Shown: piece after piece, positions 1 through 8,955 of the stretch
Numbering within the stretch: the first letter of the stretch is position 1
Layout of the letters: every line of letters begins with the position of its first letter
NCBI GenBank assembly: GCA_037447435.1
Contig: JBBIGR010000055.1
Span: forward strand, 1-28,288
Direction of reading: 5' to 3'
Length of the DNA: 28,288 nt
From: Fibrobacteria bacterium
GTDB lineage: Bacteria; Fibrobacterota; Chitinivibrionia; Chitinivibrionales; FEN-1185
The notes under the pieces: generated by a model
Seen by the model: only the letters and a program-made list of their open reading frames with translations
The model's database searches: none
Told to the model about the DNA's origin: nothing
Made by a program: the position numbers and the translations under genes

Positions 1-52
1 TAATTTAGTTTAATTAAACCGGGAAAACGGACATGATCTCAGAAACGGCGGG
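1..52. mobile_element. Left copy of a 52-bp terminal inverted repeat; probable end of a multicopy insertion sequence, truncated by the window edge
   Basis: 1..52 (TAATTTAGTTTAATTAAACCGGGAAAACGGACATGATCTCAGAAACGGCGGG) is the exact reverse complement of 28236..28287. Identity stops abruptly after ...GGCGGG. No transposase is present in the window. Confidence 0.7.
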
Positions 53-401
53 CTTAAGAAACATATTTGACCGCGAATGTACGTACAATTGAGAATTCAG
101 TATACTTTGTACGTTATTTTTAAAATTTTGGAATTTTCAAGATCTTTTTTATTTGGGACAATCTATCATGACGTTTGAGGTGTTTGCTCGAGATTATATT
201 CCCCTGTTACAATTGGGGTTTATGCAATTTCATCTATTTCGATATCGAACATTTAGCACATAAATGGAAAAAGTGATTATTTCCGGGGGCAAGATATGGT
301 GCTATTTGATCTGTTCTTATTATGGAAAGGAAAGTAATTAACGCCTAAGTTACCGAGTTCATTTTAATACTATTCAATTTTAATACGACAAAGGAGCCCC
401 C

Positions 402-854
402 ATGTCTGCATTAAAGTCGAGCCCTTACAGCGGTTCATCCGGATATAGTTACTCCAGTTCGCCAAGCAGCAGTTATCAATCGCCTCAAAGCATGCCGACC
501 TCGGAAAAGCCTTTAGACCTTACGTCGAAAGTCCAAAGTTCCGATATAGTTGCCAACAAAAGCGGTGGCAATTCATCCAATCAACGAGATTCTCTTCTTG
601 AAGACATTAAAAAACATATCGACAAATCTTACGATGAAATCAACAACAAAATCGAAGTCGCAATTGCGGAATGTAACGCTAAAATCGCTTATATCGAATC
701 GGTTATAAACAATCAGTTGCTTTCATACCAATGTCCCACTTGCAACGATTACGGCCTTAAATTCGTTTGTTATCGGCAGCAGGATGCAAACGGTCAAAGA
801 GTCATTACTATTTACAAATGCATGATGTGCAATCAAATTCATGTTTTTTCCTAG
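402..854 (+). CDS. Hypothetical protein: Ser/Pro/Tyr-rich N-terminus, coiled-coil middle, C-terminal C4 zinc ribbon
   Basis: AAGGAG RBS upstream of the ATG; CPTC-x25-CMMC at 732..830; heptad-like LLEDIKKHIDKSYDEINNKIEVAIAECNAKIAYIE segment. Confidence 0.75.
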   Translation: MSALKSSPYSGSSGYSYSSSPSSSYQSPQSMPTSEKPLDLTSKVQSSDIVANKSGGNSSNQRDSLLEDIKKHIDKSYDEINNKIEVAIAECNAKIAYIESVINNQLLSYQCPTCNDYGLKFVCYRQQDANGQRVITIYKCMMCNQIHVFS

Positions 855-922
855 TTTTTGCATATAAACACGATTTTTGTTAAAGTCCAAATCCCGATAT
901 CATTTAACCAAAGGCGGTTTAT

Positions 923-1777
923 ATGGCAGATAAGAATAAAGGCAGAACTTCGGACGATTTACGTGCGATGGCATATGACGTCGTAATCAAAAATCCTCCC
1001 TCGGAAACGGATTTGAAAGTGATGGGCTTGGAAAAGCTCGTACACGAATTGCAGTTGCATCAAATTGAATTGGAAATACAAAACGAGGAATTAAATAACG
1101 TGCAAAGAGAACTGGCCATGTCGCGCGATCAGTATACAAAGTTATACGATTTCGCACCGGTCGGATATCTTACACTTTGTAGGGATAACAGCATTATCAA
1201 AGCGAATATTACGGCCATGAAAATGCTCGGACTCAAAACCGGCGATATCGATACCGGACGGCTCGTTTTTCCCCGGTACGTGGCGCATGAATGGCAGGAC
1301 AATTGGATTAGATTCAGACGGAATTTATTTACAAGCAGGGAAAAACAATCCTGCGAATTAAAATTAAAATCCACGGATACGTCGTCGTTCATCGCATTGC
1401 TCAATTTCATAGCGATAGACAATGAATTAGGCGAATTCGATTGTTGTTTGGTGGCGATAATGGATATTTCGGAACGTAAAAGAATGGAAGAGGAACTTGA
1501 AATGTACCGTCAAAGCCTGGAATCTCTTGTCAGCCTGCGAACGTCGGAATTTGAAAACGCCAAGATTCAAATTGAAAAAGATATTATAGAACGCAAACTG
1601 ATTGAGGAAAACAACATAAAGATTGCCGAAGATCTGCGTCAAAGAAATGCACAACTCAAATTCTTTAACAGCAAACTGGTGGAACGCGAACGTCGAATAA
1701 TCGAAATGAAAAAAGAAGTCAATGAATTATGTATTAAGGTCGGCGAACCGATACGATATGTTAAGCCGCCGCAATAA
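923..1777 (+). CDS. PAS-domain sensor protein with coiled coils and no kinase or cyclase output domain
   Basis: LVHELQLHQIELEIQNEEL helix; PAS start YxxLYDFAPVGY; PAS end DISERKRMEEEL; C-terminal VERERRIIEMKKEVNEL...GEPIRY tail; AAGGCGG upstream. Confidence 0.88.
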   Translation: MADKNKGRTSDDLRAMAYDVVIKNPPSETDLKVMGLEKLVHELQLHQIELEIQNEELNNVQRELAMSRDQYTKLYDFAPVGYLTLCRDNSIIKANITAMKMLGLKTGDIDTGRLVFPRYVAHEWQDNWIRFRRNLFTSREKQSCELKLKSTDTSSFIALLNFIAIDNELGEFDCCLVAIMDISERKRMEEELEMYRQSLESLVSLRTSEFENAKIQIEKDIIERKLIEENNIKIAEDLRQRNAQLKFFNSKLVERERRIIEMKKEVNELCIKVGEPIRYVKPPQ

Positions 1778-1845
1778 TACATTGTCCAATGATTCGGCTT
1801 TTTCATGAAATAACGGATTGATCGTTTCTTGGAAATGGAGGATTT

Positions 1846-2064
1846 ATGAATCAAGGAATGCCGCCGATATCCACAGACCCGATAATCAGCGTAATTTTCC
1901 CTATAACCACGGATATTCTATTTGACGAGCAGATCAATGCCTGGCTATCCGACAATCCGGAATATCATGAAATCATGCGATCTTTAAACGTATACGTATC
2001 GAGAAGTGCGACGTTCAAAAATTCTTCTCAGGTCAATGCTATCGATGCGAAAGTTTTTTATTGA
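1846..2064 (+). CDS. Small hypothetical protein (72 aa)
   Basis: Strong GGAGG RBS just upstream of the ATG; fills the gap after the PAS gene in the same orientation; no recognisable motif. Confidence 0.55.
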   Translation: MNQGMPPISTDPIISVIFPITTDILFDEQINAWLSDNPEYHEIMRSLNVYVSRSATFKNSSQVNAIDAKVFY

Positions 2065-2095
2065 TACTATTTATTATTGACATATTTAAATACCG

Positions 2096-2123
2096 GTAGA
2101 GACGTAGCGCGCTACGTCTCTAC
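2096..2123. repeat. GTAG-type REP-like perfect palindrome (28 bp); possible bidirectional terminator or processing hairpin between convergent genes
   Basis: GTAGAGACGTAGCG|CGCTACGTCTCTAC is perfectly self-complementary, begins with GTAG and lies between two convergent 3' ends. Confidence 0.75.
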
Positions 2124-2151
2124 ATTATAAATTACAAATCACACATTGCCG

Positions 2152-4596
2152 TTAATACGTCAAACCGTAACCGAGCGGAAAGAGCGGTGTGCTGCCGTCG
2201 CCTGCCGCGATTCCGGGATGGTTACCGAGATTAATGGGAATCTGCGCAATTGTCGCAGGCCATGCAAAGTTCAATTTGCCGGTAGGCTTAACCGTTCCAT
2301 AGAGAATATCTGCATATCCGTCGCCTTCAGGACAACCAAGCCACGCACATACGACAGCATCGGAAGCATTGATAGCATCCGTTACAACTGCCGGACCATC
2401 TGAAAAGAGCATGAGAACGATTTTCTTGCTTGATTTTCCCGCAGCCTTGGCCTTATTCATTAAATCGGAGATTTTTTGATAACTGCTTTGGTCTCCGGAA
2501 TTATTCACCGTTGTACTACCTGCGGCATGAGAAACACTCGCAGCAAGCAATTTTATATTGTCATCGGATTTGGTGTATTCCGCGTTCGGATTATTCCCCG
2601 CGGTCACGATGATAATATCGGCATTGCTTGGAATATTATCTCCTGTCGTATATGCATTCACGGTATTCGAACCCTGATTTTTCAAAGCCTGCAAAAGCGA
2701 GACTCCTTTGGGCACGGTATTCGGATCAACCCCCTGCCAACCCAAAGTCCATCCGCCGCATTGCCAACGAATATTATCCGCATAATTTCCAATGACCGCG
2801 ATGTTCAAACCGGTCTTTGCCAACGGCAGCGTTGCGCTGCTGTCTTTGAGCACAACCATTGACGCCGCAACGCATTGACGTGCGACATTTCGGTGGTCGG
2901 AAGAATAAAAACGACTGTCGTAACCCGCCAAGGCATGATAATTTTCGAACATTCCTTTACGGAATAGTACGCGTAATATTCGTTTACAAGCATCGTCCAT
3001 GCGGGCACTTAACGATGAAGCGGCGCCTTTAATAATGCCAAGCGTTACATTGTTATCATAGGGTGCCATGGCATTATCGAGACCGGCATTGAAACTTGCA
3101 ATTGTGGTGGAAGGGCTACCGGGCTGATGTGACCACCAGTCGCCGACAACAAACCCGTCAAATCCCTGCTGTGTTTTAAGCCAATCCGTGAGAAGCGGAC
3201 CATTCTGCGTCATCCCGACACCATTCCAGCTCGAGAACGACGGCATAATACAGGCGACTTCGGCGGCAATTGCCGCCTTATACGGAGGCAAATGTATGGC
3301 CCTCAGCGAAGAATCGGCACCGACATCGTTACCCGCATTTGTTCCACCCTGGGTTCCGCCGTCACCGGCAAAATGCTTTGCAGTTGCGACAATTGAAGTA
3401 TTAAGGGAAAGATCGCGTCCTTGCATACCAAGAATTTCATTCATGGCAAGCTTCGCACTGATCTCCGGTACTTCTCCGCCGCCTTCATAAATTCGGCCCC
3501 AGTGTTCGTCCCTGCATACTGCGATGCAGGGCGCAAAAGCCCAATATATTCCTCTGGTCGCCGCCTCGATCGCGGTAATGCGTCCGGCCATCTGCATAAG
3601 CGTGGTATCCTGAATGCAACCCATTGCTTGATTATGGGGAAACATCGTTCCCTGCACGCTGCTGCTGCCGATAAAACCGTGTACGCAGTCGTAACCGATC
3701 AGCAATGGAATTTTAGGTCCATTGCTCATTCGCGTATCGTTTTTCGAATTAAAATCACTTGCAGATCCGGGGTTCCCCGCATCGTACAGAGCCGTGCCGC
3801 CCTGGTAGCCGGCAGGATTATCCTGCATATCCACCATGACCATCAACATTGCTTTCTGGTCGGAAGATAATTTGGAAAGAACGGAATCCACGCGCGCTTC
3901 GATATCGATTTTATGCAGTGTTACGGCCGGGATGCTGTCGGTATATTGGTTAATAGGAACGTATACGGGTTTATACCCTGTTTTACCAACGCGAACCGTA
4001 TCGGTTGCGGCCATTTTTTTTGCCAAAACGGCACCGGTTTGATTCGCGACAATTTGTGTCGAACCATTTTGGCCGATTGTCCGATTTTCCATGCTTACGA
4101 ATTTTCGTACAACGCTTTCGCCACCGGCCTGGACCTTTACAAAATAAATATTACCCGCAAGACGAGACGGTGTCATGCCGCTTAAATCAACCGAATACGA
4201 ACCTTTTTCGAGATTTCCGTTCAAAACCGCGGCGATTTTTCGCCCTGAACTGTTGGATAATTCGATACTGACATTTTTTGCGGCATTAAGATAAAAACAG
4301 ATCCTTGAGCTGGCAATCTTGACATTATCTATAAAACCAGGCATTTTATTCGTTGAAAACGTTTTGCCGGCAGTGCCTGTAACGGGTTTGGCGGGCCCGA
4401 AATAACCGTTTGCATCCGTAAAATCGTAATTAAGATCCTTTGCCGGGTCCGTATAGGTAATCATGGCGTTTTTGAGCGGCTGCCCGAGCGAGTCCACGAC
4501 TTTACCTGGATTTGTAATATGTCCGATTTGCGCCCACGATGAAAAAGCGGCAAATCCGATACAGATACAGGTTAAACGTATAATTATTTTTTTCAC
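2152..4596 (-). CDS. Secreted glycoside hydrolase family 3 (beta-glucosidase/exo-glucanase-like) with an N-terminal accessory region
   Basis: Signal peptide; GYDCVHG, FAPCIAVCRDEHWGRIYE, AKHFAGDGG, nucleophile motif GFVVGDW, QCGGWT and the PLFPLGYGLTY C-terminus; GTG start preceded by AGGA. Confidence 0.93.
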   Translation of the reverse strand: MKKIIIRLTCICIGFAAFSSWAQIGHITNPGKVVDSLGQPLKNAMITYTDPAKDLNYDFTDANGYFGPAKPVTGTAGKTFSTNKMPGFIDNVKIASSRICFYLNAAKNVSIELSNSSGRKIAAVLNGNLEKGSYSVDLSGMTPSRLAGNIYFVKVQAGGESVVRKFVSMENRTIGQNGSTQIVANQTGAVLAKKMAATDTVRVGKTGYKPVYVPINQYTDSIPAVTLHKIDIEARVDSVLSKLSSDQKAMLMVMVDMQDNPAGYQGGTALYDAGNPGSASDFNSKNDTRMSNGPKIPLLIGYDCVHGFIGSSSVQGTMFPHNQAMGCIQDTTLMQMAGRITAIEAATRGIYWAFAPCIAVCRDEHWGRIYEGGGEVPEISAKLAMNEILGMQGRDLSLNTSIVATAKHFAGDGGTQGGTNAGNDVGADSSLRAIHLPPYKAAIAAEVACIMPSFSSWNGVGMTQNGPLLTDWLKTQQGFDGFVVGDWWSHQPGSPSTTIASFNAGLDNAMAPYDNNVTLGIIKGAASSLSARMDDACKRILRVLFRKGMFENYHALAGYDSRFYSSDHRNVARQCVAASMVVLKDSSATLPLAKTGLNIAVIGNYADNIRWQCGGWTLGWQGVDPNTVPKGVSLLQALKNQGSNTVNAYTTGDNIPSNADIIIVTAGNNPNAEYTKSDDNIKLLAASVSHAAGSTTVNNSGDQSSYQKISDLMNKAKAAGKSSKKIVLMLFSDGPAVVTDAINASDAVVCAWLGCPEGDGYADILYGTVKPTGKLNFAWPATIAQIPINLGNHPGIAAGDGSTPLFPLGYGLTY

Positions 4597-4917
4597 TGTC
4601 CTGCCCTCTCATTCTACATTGTTAACATTTCGTTTTAAACGTGTCGGCTAAAATAAAACGGCACATTTTCAGTTAAAGGAAACTCTTTTACTCCTGTTTT
4701 TTCATTCATATTTTTCCGATTGAATATTTGTTAATATACCCAATTTTATTTTCGTTTCCGGTTTTTTGAAGCCACTGGCCTATTATTCGTGTTCTTTTAG
4801 AATACAGGTTATCAAAATTTTCCTTTTTTAACCGAGTGACGAATTTATAGATTGATATTATGGACGACAATATTGTTTCGACCGGCAATAAACGAAAGAA
4901 TTATAATAGGACGTTCA

Positions 4918-7506
4918 ATGCATAATAGTTATTCATTGCTTTTAATTCCGAATACGGCCAATTTAATCAAATTTTGCTTTATAATAATCCAGTTTTCCGC
5001 TTTATTTTGCACGAGCTTTGCGATCGAATCGACAGAAACAGCCGAGCTTGATGCCGCATTATCTTTGGCCGATATATTGAACATCAAATTGACAACCGGA
5101 TCGTTTTTGGAATTGAATCTCCAAAAATCTCCTTTAAGTATCACCGTTATCGAAGATTACAAAATTAAAGTTTCGGGCGCCCGGAATTTATCTGAGCTTT
5201 TGGATATATTTGTTCCGGGTTTTGTGTACGGTTACAATAAATGGAACGGTACGATTTGGGGAATGCGCGGAGTATTTAACGATCGCAATACCAAAATATT
5301 ATTTTTGGTCAACGGCCACAAAATGAACCCGCAATCGCGGGACGGATTCCAAGCTGAAACCATGCTTGGCCCTCTGGAAGATATTAAACGGGTTGAAGTA
5401 TTGCGAGGCCCCGCGTCTTTGGCGTATGGGTCGGGCGCTATTGCGGGGATTATCAATATCATTACGAAGTCTGCAATAAATGCGGAAAACAATTCAACAA
5501 TATCAATTGCCAGCGACGACAGGAAAACGCTTGAGCCGCAAGCGAATATTTACCTGCGGCCCGACAAAAACAATTTCGTGACCTTTAGCGGAGGATTCAG
5601 AAAATCGGATGGCATCCCCGAAGCAAAAACAAATATTTACGGATTGGATACGTGGCCGTTCCCCTCGTGGGTAAACAATGCCTATACGCCGCACAATGGA
5701 ATTCCTTCGGATGGCAGTTACGATAACCCGGAAGGTAACTGGCGCATATCCGGAGAATGGGATTACAAAGATTTTTTAAAATTCTATGCACGTTCTACCC
5801 ATCAAGCCGAAAACGCAGGAGCCTGGTTTCCCTTTAACCCTTGGCCCGGGGGAATCGATTCAAATTCCTTGCCCGCGCATCTTGGTCCGGGAACATACGG
5901 CCCCGTTGTTCAACCGGACGATCCGTTCTGGAGCCAGGACAATTCCGGAGAATGCAGCAGAAATCAATACAACATAGACAATCTGGCGTCGGATTTGGAA
6001 TTCGACATCCCTATTCGCCACAATCAACTTACACTTAGAGCCGGGTTCGACGGTTATGCCGATAGATCGTTGACGGAAAACCGATTATCGTATTCGCTGT
6101 CGAGTCCGGACGGAAGAGGGTATAAAAACATACAGGAAGGATTCGGCGAGTTCAGATACACTTTCAATGCGCAATATTTATTAAAAAGCATTCCGAAATT
6201 GCAAGCATCAGGAGGACTTTCATGGGAAACCGACGACATGGGAAACGGCTTGTTTTGCGGAAACAGTAACGGCCAGGCGGGTTATTACGTCATCAGCCCC
6301 GTCGTGTATACTATTTTTTCCATAGTCGCCGAAGGATTATATGATTTGACCGATAAGTTTTCCATGGAAGGAGGCGCACGTTTGGATTTGCATACGCGTG
6401 CCACACTGCTCAACGGGAAGCTTGCATTTATTTATTCGCTTGCGGAAAACCAAACGGTCAAACTTATCGGTCAAACAGCATCAAATTACGGCAGCGACGA
6501 TAATTACGAATACAACCGTTTTCATTATGTCGGAAGTAACGTCGTCGATCAGGCCGGTACCGCGAAATTCGGTACCGCATTACCCAACACTCCGCCGACG
6601 CTCGTTACGCCGATCGTGACTATTCCTTCATTAAGCGATATGCATAGTTTAAAACCCGAACAATCGTATTCCGCCGAACTGGATTATGTCGGCAAACCGT
6701 TCAGCATGCTTACGGTGATTCCTTCACTTTCGGCAACTTCGATACAAAACCTTATTTCATGGGACCAAAGTGCGTTTCGCGATATCAATTGCAACGGATA
6801 CAATTTTTTCAATGCCGAACTCGAGGTCAAATATCTGGCAGGGCCTTTTGAAATCGATGCGAGCCATACGTTTACCCGTCTTTTCGCAACCGATGTTGAC
6901 AAAGGAAACGTCACGAGGCATTGGGCTTTAAAACCGGGCATTAGTCCTTCCGATGCGTGGTACGATTCAAGTAAAAATATACGCGGCAGCTGGGATTATT
7001 ACCCTAAGCAGCAATATCTGACTTCGATTCAGGATACGACCTATCTTGTCAAAACAACCATATCTGCCGACGGTAAGAAATTTAAAAATTTTCCCTCCAA
7101 TATGACTAAATTGTGCGTAAGCTTTACGCCATGGAAATTCGTGACGCTTCATACCAATGCCAGGATTTGGTGGGGACTCGACGGACGTTCCGGCTCCCCC
7201 GATGCCGCTGACCCGCACACGCAAATGCTTTCGTATATGCAAAATTCCCTGGGATATACCGTTTACGACGCAGATACCAAACCGATTGTCAAATTGGACG
7301 CGAATCTGTTGTTTCACGTTCAAAAGGATTTCAGCGTCGCCATAAACGTATACAATATTCTTGGCTGGGACAACGGCCCTTATTCGTTAAATGGGCAAAC
7401 TCCCTTTTTTGTCAGGAACACTTTTCGCTATCAGCAAGCCGAGATGTATGCGGTGTCTTCGATGGACCAATTTTCGGCAGGCATAACTATTGCAAAAGAA
7501 TTTTGA
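4918..7506 (+). CDS. TonB-dependent outer-membrane receptor (plug plus beta-barrel)
   Basis: Plug motifs SGARNLSELL, ILFLVNGH and IKRVEVLRGPASLAYGSGAIAGIINIITK; LKPE motif; C-terminal Phe (ITIAKEF). Start placed at the ATG at 4918 (AGGA upstream) rather than the TTG at 4852. Confidence 0.9.
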   Translation: MHNSYSLLLIPNTANLIKFCFIIIQFSALFCTSFAIESTETAELDAALSLADILNIKLTTGSFLELNLQKSPLSITVIEDYKIKVSGARNLSELLDIFVPGFVYGYNKWNGTIWGMRGVFNDRNTKILFLVNGHKMNPQSRDGFQAETMLGPLEDIKRVEVLRGPASLAYGSGAIAGIINIITKSAINAENNSTISIASDDRKTLEPQANIYLRPDKNNFVTFSGGFRKSDGIPEAKTNIYGLDTWPFPSWVNNAYTPHNGIPSDGSYDNPEGNWRISGEWDYKDFLKFYARSTHQAENAGAWFPFNPWPGGIDSNSLPAHLGPGTYGPVVQPDDPFWSQDNSGECSRNQYNIDNLASDLEFDIPIRHNQLTLRAGFDGYADRSLTENRLSYSLSSPDGRGYKNIQEGFGEFRYTFNAQYLLKSIPKLQASGGLSWETDDMGNGLFCGNSNGQAGYYVISPVVYTIFSIVAEGLYDLTDKFSMEGGARLDLHTRATLLNGKLAFIYSLAENQTVKLIGQTASNYGSDDNYEYNRFHYVGSNVVDQAGTAKFGTALPNTPPTLVTPIVTIPSLSDMHSLKPEQSYSAELDYVGKPFSMLTVIPSLSATSIQNLISWDQSAFRDINCNGYNFFNAELEVKYLAGPFEIDASHTFTRLFATDVDKGNVTRHWALKPGISPSDAWYDSSKNIRGSWDYYPKQQYLTSIQDTTYLVKTTISADGKKFKNFPSNMTKLCVSFTPWKFVTLHTNARIWWGLDGRSGSPDAADPHTQMLSYMQNSLGYTVYDADTKPIVKLDANLLFHVQKDFSVAINVYNILGWDNGPYSLNGQTPFFVRNTFRYQQAEMYAVSSMDQFSAGITIAKEF

Positions 7507-7510
7507 TTCT

Positions 7511-7671
7511 TACTAAGCAGTTTACAAGCTATTTTTCACAGGCCTGTTTCCGTCTCGGCCATCGGACATCCCTAACTCGTCCCATTTCATGGGACTCAAA
7601 CAGGGAGCCCTATCCTTTGGCTGAAACATGAACGGTCCTGTTATAATACCTAGCTTGTAAACTGTTTAATA
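7511..7671. mobile_element. 161-bp MITE-like or structured intergenic palindromic element
   Basis: Terminal IR TACTAAGCAGTTTACAAGCTA / TAGCTTGTAAACTGTTTAATA (14-bp perfect core, 19/21 overall). Nested inner stems: ACAGG/CCTGT, TGTTTC/GAAACA, TCCCT/AGGGA, GTCCCA/TGGGAC. Confidence 0.6.
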
Positions 7672-7700
7672 TTTGTTTGATAAATCAACCGATATCGTGC

Positions 7701-8933
7701 TTATTTATTAATCACGATCATTTTTTGCATAAGCATAGACATTCCGCGTAGTCGTACGACATACGTTCCCGGATGTTTTACCATACCATCACCGTTCCAT
7801 CGTGTCCACGGTCCGGCGATTTGAGATTTGTTTTTTTCACAAACAACCTTTCCCGAAAGATCTATTATATCGACGACTCCGTTTGGAGGGTCCATCTCTT
7901 GTAACGGGTTGGTTTGTCGTTGAAGAAATTGGGCCGATTGAACGGTTTGGAAAACACATTTCGGAGGCGATGGAATTTGGGACCGTATTGCGACAATATC
8001 TGCGGCATAGTTGGAAGTCGGATTGTAATGTGAAACCGCAATGACGCCGTCATTTATTCTCGCCGAAAGATTCGTTACGTTTTGCCAACGGGTATCGTAT
8101 CCCGTACTGCCGCCGCCGACGCCGTAATCCGCATCCGCAATCAGGGGCGTACCGAACGTGGTAAAGACCCATTTCCATGTTGGAAGCGTCGACGCCCAAC
8201 TGTCGCTGATGAATGTCTGGTCCGGCCTGCTTCCTCCGCCGGAAGTATTAACAAATGAAAACCGCTTCATGTTCATAGCGCCGTACCAGGTTTTATAAAA
8301 GGATGTGTCTTTCCATGGGGAAATGTCTATCGAAAAAACCGCATTAGGGCAGTACTTTTTCACGGTATCGATAATTTCGTTCATATAGGCTCCGGCTTGC
8401 GTCGCAGTCAAACCGCCGTTGTTTTGCGTGCTTTCGCCGTACTGAACATAGTCTGGCTCCATGCACCATATCATCGGGACAGCCGTCCCGAACGATTGAG
8501 CCGCTCCCTGCGCGTACTTGACATACTGCGAAAGAATACGCGGTTTATGCTGGCGTATGTAATCGGCACCGCTTTGGCACAAATTCGGTGTTCCTACATT
8601 GCAATCTTTAAGCCCGAGATCGCGTCGTGCGGTGAATGCGATTATATAGGCAATAACAACGGGAGTTTTGCTGTTGTTTTTACACGTTGTAAAAAATGAA
8701 TTCATACCGAAATCTTCCGAGCTTCCGGCCCACGAAGTGCAATAGTCTATTTGTGCCATTAGCGCGGCATTGTTACTCACTTTGCCGACATCAGTTCCAA
8801 AATGAAATCTGCATGCCGAAAAGAAGGTTTCTGCAGGTATCGGCAAGTATGCGATAAAAACAATAATGAGAGATATTACCGCCTGACCGAGACGGTTTAC
8901 AACGTTGTACATTATTCCATTTTTCGCATTCAT
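7701..8933 (-). CDS. Secreted putative glycoside hydrolase (remote GH6-like motifs) with a T9SS-type-A-like C-terminal domain
   Basis: Signal peptide; TPVVIAY...KDC...WCMEPDY...CPNAVFSIDISPW; C-terminal IIDLSGKVV...PGTYVVRL...QKMIVINK. Probably co-transcribed with GH116 (22-bp gap). Confidence 0.7.
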   Translation of the reverse strand: MNAKNGIMYNVVNRLGQAVISLIIVFIAYLPIPAETFFSACRFHFGTDVGKVSNNAALMAQIDYCTSWAGSSEDFGMNSFFTTCKNNSKTPVVIAYIIAFTARRDLGLKDCNVGTPNLCQSGADYIRQHKPRILSQYVKYAQGAAQSFGTAVPMIWCMEPDYVQYGESTQNNGGLTATQAGAYMNEIIDTVKKYCPNAVFSIDISPWKDTSFYKTWYGAMNMKRFSFVNTSGGGSRPDQTFISDSWASTLPTWKWVFTTFGTPLIADADYGVGGGSTGYDTRWQNVTNLSARINDGVIAVSHYNPTSNYAADIVAIRSQIPSPPKCVFQTVQSAQFLQRQTNPLQEMDPPNGVVDIIDLSGKVVCEKNKSQIAGPWTRWNGDGMVKHPGTYVVRLRGMSMLMQKMIVINK

Positions 8934-8955
8934 CGGAGGACCTTTGGTCCAATAT

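Noticed and set aside
4620..4740. TGTTAACA palindrome as an operator in the GH3/TBDR divergent region
   Set aside because: An 8-bp AT-rich palindrome is expected by chance, and the same word occurs inside the GH116 coding sequence.
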